NCBI GenBank assembly: GCA_964016885.1
Contig: OZ024740.1
Location: forward strand, 204,042,001-204,106,000
Direction: 5' to 3'
From: Eledone cirrhosa
Lineage: Eukaryota
Length of the DNA stretch: 64,000 bases
Part shown: one piece after another, positions 55,601 through 64,000 of the stretch
Layout of the letters: each line of letters opens with the position of its first letter
Numbering within the stretch: position 1 is the stretch's first letter
The notes under the pieces: model-generated
Told to the model about the DNA's origin: nothing
The model's input: the letters and a program-made list of their open reading frames with translations, nothing else
Databases searched by the model: none
Made by a program: the position numbers and the translations under genes

Positions 55601-58600
55601 ATGTCCCCTACCATTGAATACCACTGTCAGGGTGTGTTGTATCTACAGATATAGAGATATATACTGGACAGTAGAGAGACGTTACACTATGTACCCTAAC
55701 ATGGAATACCACTGTCAGGGTGTGTTGTATCTACAGATGTAGAGATATATACTGGATAAAAGAGAGACGTTACACTATGTCCCCTACCATTGAATACCAC
55801 TGTCTGGGTGTGTTGTATCTACAGATGTAGAGATATATACTGGACAGTAGAGAGACGTTACACTATGTCCCCTACCATTGAATACCACTGTCAGGGTGTG
55901 TTGTATCTAAAGATGTAGAGATATATACTGGACAGAAGAGAGACGTTACAACTATGTCCCCTACCATTGAATACCACTGTCAGGGTGTGTTGTATCTACA
56001 AGTATAGAGATATATACTGGACAGTAGAGAGACGTTACACTATGTCCCCTACCATGGAATACCACTGTCAGGGTGTGTTGTATCTACAGATATAGAGATA
56101 TATACTGGACAGTGGAGAGACGTTACACTATGTCCCTACCATTGAATACCACTGTCAGGGTGTGTTGTATCTACAGATGTAGAAATATATACTGGTCAGT
56201 AGAGAGACGTTACACTATGTCCCCTACCATGGAATACCACTGTCAGGGAGTATTGTATCTACAGATATAGAGATATATACTGGACAGTAGAGAGACGTTA
56301 CACTATGTCCCCTACCATTGAATACCACTGTCAGGGTGTGTTGTATCTACAGATATAGAGATATATACTGGACAGTAGAGGGGTTACACTATGTCCCCTA
56401 CCATTGAATACCACTGTCAGGGTGTGTTGTATCTACAGATATAGAGATATATACTGGACAGTAGAGAGACGTTACACTATGTACCCTAACATGGAATACC
56501 ACTGTCAGGGTGTGTTGTATCTACAGATATAGAGATATATACTGGATAAAAGAGAGACGTTACACTATGTCCCCTATCATTGAACACCACTGTCAGGGTG
56601 TGTTGTATCTACAGATGTAGAGATATATACTGGACAGTAGAAAGACGTTACACTATGTCCCCTACCTTTGAATACTACTGTCAGTGTTTGTTGTATCTAC
56701 AGCTATAGAGATATACACTGGACAGTAGAGAGATGTTATACTATGTCCCCTAAAATGGAATACTACTGTCAGGGTGTGTTGTATCTACAAGTATAGAGAT
56801 ATACACTGGACAGTAGAGAGACGTTACACTATGTCCCCTACCATTGAATACCACTGTCAGGGTGTGTTGTATCTACAGATATAGAGATATATACTGGACA
56901 GTAGAAAGACGTTACACTATGTCCCCTACCATTGAATACCAATGTCAGGGTGTGTTGTATCTACAAGTATAGAAATATACACTGGACAGTAGAGAGACGT
57001 TACTCTATGTCCCCTACCATTGAATACCACTGTCAGGGTGTGTTGTATCTACAGGTATAGAGATATATACTGGACAGTAGAGGGGTTACACTATGTCCCC
57101 TACCATTGAATTCCACTGTCAGGGTGTGTTGTATCTACAGATATAGAGATATATACTGGACAGTAGAGAGACGTTACACTATGTCCCCTACCATTGAATA
57201 CCACTGTCTGGGTGTGTTGTATCTACAAGTATAGAGATATATACTGGACAGTAGAGAGACGTTACACTATGTCCCCTACCATGGAATACCACTGTCAGGG
57301 TGTGTTGTATCAACAGATGTAGAGATATATACTGGACAGTAGAGACACGTTACACTATGTCCCCTACCATTGAATACCACTGTCAGGGTGTGTTGTATCT
57401 ACAGATGTAAAGATATATACTGGACAGTAGAGAGACGTTACACTATGTCCCCTACCATTCAATATCACTGTCTGGGTGTGTTGTATCTACAGATGTAGAG
57501 ATATATACTGAACAGTAGAGAGACGTTACACTATGTCCCCTACCATTCAATACCATTGTCAGGGTGTGTTGTATCTACAGGTATAGAGATATATACTGGA
57601 TAGTAGAGAGACGTTACACTATGTCCCCTACCATTGAATACCACTGTCTGGGTGTGTTGTATCTACAAGTATAGAGATATATACTGGATAGTAGCGAGAC
57701 GTTCCACTATGTCCTCTACCATTGAATACCACTGTCAGGGTGTGTTATATCTACAGATGTAGAGATATATACTGGTCATTAGAGAGACGTTACACTATGT
57801 CTCTTACCATGGAATACCACTGTCAGGGTGTATTGTATCTACAGGTATAGAGATATATACTGGACAGTAGAGAGACGTTACACTATGTCCCCTATCATTG
57901 AATACCACTGTCAGGGTGTGTTGTATCTACAGATGTAGAGATATATACTGGACAGTAGAGGGGTTACACTATGTCCCGTACCATTGAATTCCACTGTCAG
58001 GATGTGTTGTATCTACAGATATAGAGATATATACTGGGCAGTAGAGAGACGTTACACTATGTCCCCTACCATTGAATACCAATGTCAGGGTGTGTTGTAT
58101 CTACAAGTATAGAGATATACACTGGACAGTAGAGAGACGTTACACTATGTCCCCTACCATACAATACCACTATCAGGGTGTGTTGTATCTACAGGTATAG
58201 AGATATATACTGGATAGTAGAGAGACGTTACACTATGTCCCCTACCATTGAATACCACTGTCAGGGTGTGTTGTATCTACAGATATAGAGATATATACTG
58301 GATAGTAGAGAGACGTTACACTATGTCCCCTACCATTGAATACCACTGTCAGGGTATGTTGTATCTACAGGTATAGAGATATATACTGGATAGTAGAGAG
58401 ACGTTACACTATGTCCCCTACCATTGAATACCACTGTCAGGGTGTGTTGTATCTACAGATATAGAGATATATACTGGACAGTAGAGAGACGTTACACTAT
58501 GTCCCCTACCATTGAATACCACTGTCAGGGTGTGTTGTATCTACAATTATAGAGATATATACTGGACAGTAGAGAGACGTTACACTATGTCCCCTACCAT

Positions 58601-61600
58601 TGAATACCACTGTCAGGGTGTGTTGTATCTACAGATATAGAGATATATACAGGACAGTAGAGAGATGTTACACTATGTCCCCTACCATTGAATACCACTG
58701 TCAGGGTGTGTTGTATCTACAGATGTAAAGATATATACTGGACAGTAGAGAGACGTTACACTATGTCCCCTACCATACAATACCACTGTCAGGGTGTGTT
58801 GTATCTACAGGTATAGAGATATATACTGGATAGTAGAGAGACGTTACACTATGTCCCCTACCATTGAATACCACTGTCAGGGTATGTTGTATCTACAGGT
58901 ATAGAGATATATACTGGATAGTAGAGAGACGTTACACTATGTCCCCTACCATTGAATACCACTGTCAGGGTGTGTTGTATCTACAGATATAGAGATATAT
59001 ACTGGACAGTAGAGAGACGTTACACTATGTCCCATACCATTGAATACCACTGTCAGGGTGTGTTGTATCTACAATTATAGAGATATATACTGGACAGTAG
59101 AGAGACGTTACACTATGTCCCCTACCATTGAATACCACTGTCAGGGTGTGTTGTATCTACAGATATAGAGATATATACAGGACAGTAGAGAGATGTTACA
59201 CTATGTCCCCTACCATTGAATACCACTGTCAGGGTGTGTTGTATCTACAGATGTAAAGATATATACTGGACAGTAGAGAGACGTTACACTATGTCCCCTA
59301 CCATTCAATACCACTGTCTGGGTGTGTTGTATCTAGAGATGTAGAGATATATACTGAACAGTAGAGAGACGTTACACTATGTCCCCTACCATACAATACC
59401 ACTGTCAGGGTGTGTTGTATCTACAGGTATAGAGATATATACTTGATAGTAGAGAGACGTTACACTATGTCCCCTACCATTGAATACCACTGTCTGGGTG
59501 TGTTGTATCTACAAGTATAGAGATATATACTGGATAGTACCGAGACGTTACACTATGTCCCCTACCATTGAATACCACTGTCAGGGTGTGTTGTGTCTAC
59601 AAGTATAGAGATATACACTGGACAGTAGAGAGACGTTACACTATGTCCCCTACCATACAATACCACTGTCAGGGTGTGTTGTATCTACAGGTATAGAGAT
59701 ATATACTGGATAGTAGAGAGACGTTACACTATGTCCCCTACCATTGAATACCACTGTCAGGGTGTGTTGTATCTACAGGTATAAAGATATATACTGGGCA
59801 GTAGAGAGACGTTACACTATGTTCCCTACCATTCAATACCACTGTCATGGTGTGTTGTATATACAGGTATAGAAATATATACTGGACAGTAGAGAGACGT
59901 TACACTATGTCCCCTACCATTGAATACCACTGTCAGGGTGTGTTGTATCTACAGATGTAGAGATATATACTGGACAGTAGAGGGGTTACACTATGTTCCC
60001 TACCATTCAATACCACTGTCAGGGTGTGTTGTATCTACAGATATAGAGATATATACTGGACAGTAGAGAGACGTTACACTATGTCCCTACCATTGAATAC
60101 CACTGTCAGGGTGTGTTGTATCTACAGATATAGAGATATATACTGGACAGTAGAGGGGTTACACTATGTCCCCTACCATGGAATACCACTGTCAGGGAGT
60201 ATTGTATCTACAGATATAGAGATATATACTGGACAGTAGAGAGACGTTACACTATGTCCCCTACCATTGAATACCACTGTCAGGGTGTGTTGTATCTACA
60301 GATATAGAGATATATACTGGACAGTAGAGGGGTTACACTATGTCCCCTACCATTGAATACCACTGTCATGGTGTGTTGTATCTACAGATATAGAGATATA
60401 TACTGGACAGTAGAGATACGTTACACTATGTACCCTAACATGGAATACCACTGTCAGGGTGTGTTGTATCTACAGATATAGAGATATATACTGGATAAAA
60501 GAGAGACGTTACACTATGTCCCCTATCATTGAACACCACTGTCAGGGTGTGTTGTATCTACAGATGTAGAGATATATACTGGGCAGTAGAGAGACGTTAC
60601 ACTATGTCCCCTACCATTGAATACCACTGTCAGGGTTTGTTGTATCTACAGCTATAGAGATATACACTGGACAGTAGAGAGATGTTATACTATGTCCCCT
60701 AAAATGGAATACTACTGTCAGGGTGTGTTGTATCTACAAGTATAGAGATATACACTGGACAGTAGAGAGACGTTACACTATGTCCCCTACCATTGAATAC
60801 CACTGTCAGGGTGTGTTGTATCTACAGATATAGAGATATATACTGGACAGTAGAGAGACGTTACACTATGTCCCCTACCATTGAATACCAATGTCAGGGT
60901 GTGTTGTATCTACAAGTATAGAAATATACACTGGACAGTAGAGAGACGTTACACTATGCTCCCTACCATACAATACCACTGTCAGGGTGTGTTGTATCTA
61001 CAGGTATAGAGATATATACTGGATAGTAGAGAGACGTTACACTATGTTCACTACCATTGAATACCACTGTCAGGGTGTGTTGTATCTACAGGTATAGAGA
61101 TATATACTGGACAGTAGAGAGACGTTACACTATGTCCCCAACCATTCAATACCACTGTCAGGGTGTTTGTATCTACAGGTATAGAGATATATACCGGATA
61201 GTAGAGAGACGTTACACTATGTCCCCTACCATTGAATACCACTGCCAGGGTGTGTTGTATCTACAGATATAGAGATATATACTGGACAGTAGAGAGACGT
61301 TACACTATGTCCCCTACCATTGAATACCACTGTCTGGGTGTGTTGTATCTACAGATATAGAGATATATACTGGACAGTAGAGAGACGTTACACTATGTCC
61401 CCTACCATTGAATACCACTGTCTGGGTGTGTTGTATCTACAGATGTAGAGATATATACTGGACAGTAGAGAGACGTTACACTATGTCCCCTACCATTGAA
61501 TACCACTGTCTGGGTGTGTTGTATCTACAGATGTAGAGATATATACTGGACAGTAGAGAGACGTTACACTATGTCCCCTACCATTGAATACCACTGTCAG

Positions 61601-64000
61601 GGTGTGTTGTATCTACAGATGTAGAGATATATACTGGACAGTAGAGAGACGTTACACTATGTCCCCTACCATTGAATACCACTGTCAGGGTGTGTTGTAT
61701 CTACAAGTATAGAGATATATACTGGACAGTAGAGAGACGTTACACTATGTCCCCTACCATGGAATACCACTGTCAGGGTGTGTTGTATCTACAGATATAG
61801 AGATATATACTGGACAGTAGAGAGACGTTACACTATGTACCCTAACATGGAATACCACTGTCAGGGTGTGTTGTATCTACAGATATAGAGATATATACTG
61901 GATAAAAGAGAGACGTTACACTATGTCCCCTATCATTGAACACCACTGTCAGGGTGTGTTGTATCTACAGATGTAGAGATATATACTGGGCAGTAGAGAG
62001 ACGTTACACTATGTCCCCTACCATTGAATACCACTGTCAGGGTTTGTTGTATCTCCAGCTATAGAGATATACACTGGACAGTAGAGAGATGTTATACTAT
62101 GTCCCCTAAAATGGAATACTACTGTCAGGGTGTGTTGTATCTACAAGTATAGAGATATACACTGGACAGTAGAGAGACGTTACACTATGTCCCCTACCAT
62201 TGAATACCACTGTCAGGGTGTGTTGTATCTACAGATATAGAGATATATACTGGACAGTAGAAAGACGTTACACTATGTCCCCTACCATTGAATACCAATG
62301 TCAGGGTGTGTTGTATCTACAAGTATAGAAATATACACTGGACAGTAGAGAGATTTTACACTATGTCCCCTACCATACAATACCACTGTCATGGTGTGTT
62401 GTATCTACAGGTATAGAGATATATACTGGATAGTAGAGAGACGTTACACTATGTCCACTACCATTGAATACCACTGTCAGGGTGTGTTGTATCTACAGGT
62501 ATAGAGATATATACTGGACAGTAGAGAGACGTTACACTATGTCCCCTACCATTCAATACCACTGTCAGGGTGTTTGTATCTACAGGTATAGAGATATATA
62601 CCGGATAGTAGAGAGACGTTACACTATGTCCACTACCATTGAATACCACTGTCAGGGTGTGTTGTATCTACAGATATAGAGATATATACTGGACAGTAGA
62701 GAGACGTTACACTATGTCCCCTACCATTGAATACCACTGTCTGGGTGTGTTGTATCTACAGATATAGAGATATATACTGGACAGTAGAGAGACGTTACAT
62801 TATGTCCCCTACCATTGAATACCACTGTCACGGTGTGTTGTATCTACAAGTATAGAGATATACACTGGACAGTAGAGAGACGTTACTCTATGTCCCCTAA
62901 CATTGAATACCACTGTCAGGGTGTTTTGTATCTACAGGTATAGAGATATATACTGGACAGTAGAGGGGTTACACTATGTCCCCTACCATTGAATACCACT
63001 GTCAGGGTGTGTTGTATCTACAGATATAGAGATATATACTGGACAGTAGAGGGGTTACACTATGTCCCCTACCATTGAATACCACTGTCAGGGTGTGTTG
63101 TATCTACAGGTATAGAGATATACACTGGACAGTAGAGAGACGTTACATTATGTCCCCTACCATTGAATACCACTGTCAGGGTGTGTTGTATCTACAGATA
63201 TAGAGATATATACTGGACAGTAGAGGGGTTACACTATGTCCCCTACCATGGAATACCACTGTCAGGGTGTGTTGTATCTACAGATATAGAGATATATACT
63301 GGACAGTAGAGAGACGTTACACTATGTCCCCTACCATTGAATACCACTGTCAGGGTGTGTTGTATCTACAGATATAGAGATATATACTGGACAGTAGAGG
63401 GGTTACACTATGTCCCCTACCATTGAATACCACTGTCAGGGTGTGTTGTATCTACAGATATAGAGATATATACTGGACAGTAGAGAGACGTTACACTATG
63501 TACCCTAACATGGAATACCACTGTCAGGGTGTGTTGTATCTACAGATGTAGAGATATATACTGGATAAAAGAGAGACGTTACACTATGTCCCCTACCATT
63601 GAATACCACTGTCTGGGTGTGTTGTATCTACAGATGTAGAGATATATACTGGACAGTAGAGAGACGTTACACTATGTCCCCTACCATTGAATACCACTGT
63701 CAGGGTGTGTTGTATCTAAAGATGTAGAGATATATACTGGACAGTAGAGAGACGTTACACTATGTCCCCTACCATTGAATACCACTGTCAGGGTGTGTTG
63801 TATCTACAAGTATAGAGATATATACTGGACAGTAGAGAGACGTTACACTATGTCCCCTACCATGGAATACCACTGTCAGGGTGTGTTGTATCTACAGATA
63901 TAGAGATATATACTGGACAGTGGAGAGACGTTACACTATGTCCCTACCATTGAATACCACTGTCAGGGTGTGTTGTATCTACAGATGTAGAAATATATAC
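16691..64000 (+). repeat. 88-bp satellite array, ~540 units, continuing past the window end
   Basis: Consensus GTAGAGAGACGTTACACTATGTCCCCTACCATTGAATACCACTGTCAGGGTGTGTTGTATCTACAGATATAGAGATATATACTGGACA (88 nt, e.g. 16761 to 16849). There are recurrent 86-bp (GTAGAGGGGTTAC) and 87-bp variants, and no interrupting insertion was seen. Confidence 0.99.

Noticed and set aside
16650-62679. Repeated short ORFs in the satellite (MNTTVRVCCIY..., EIYTGQ, EYHCQG), faintly like C2H2 zinc-finger linkers
   Set aside because: The 88-bp unit is not a multiple of 3, stops recur constantly, there is no C-x2-C...H-x3-H spacing, and ORFs appear only where indels bridge frames.
16691-64000. CRISPR-like array
   Set aside because: Units are near-identical along their whole length with no unique spacers, there are no cas genes, and the context is eukaryotic.

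Overview
Repeat-rich eukaryotic DNA with no intact protein-coding gene. The (TA)n/(CA)n density and the SINE fragments suggest an invertebrate, probably a cephalopod such as Octopus (inference from memory, not a database hit). About 80% of the window is one 88-bp satellite: a roughly 540-copy array from 16691 to beyond the window end, plus a roughly 49-copy array in the opposite orientation at about 7500-11817. Bases 1-7050 and 12830-16690 are a patchwork of transposon remnants, mostly set in (TA)n or (CA)n tracts. These include a non-autonomous Helitron (2811-5499) carrying RepHel fragments in both orientations, a decayed Penelope-like element (RT plus GIY-YIG, with a 5' inversion) that abuts the large satellite array, and several short Penelope-type terminal-repeat (pLTR) elements, two of them long palindromes. 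By eye I found six type I hammerhead ribozymes with intact CUGANGA/GAAA cores from about five sequence families, plus two core-mutated copies, all within the first 14 kb. The satellite monomer carries an imperfect G-U-rich hairpin with a hypervariable apex and shows layered, variable-length higher-order organisation. All structures were paired by hand and none was computed.
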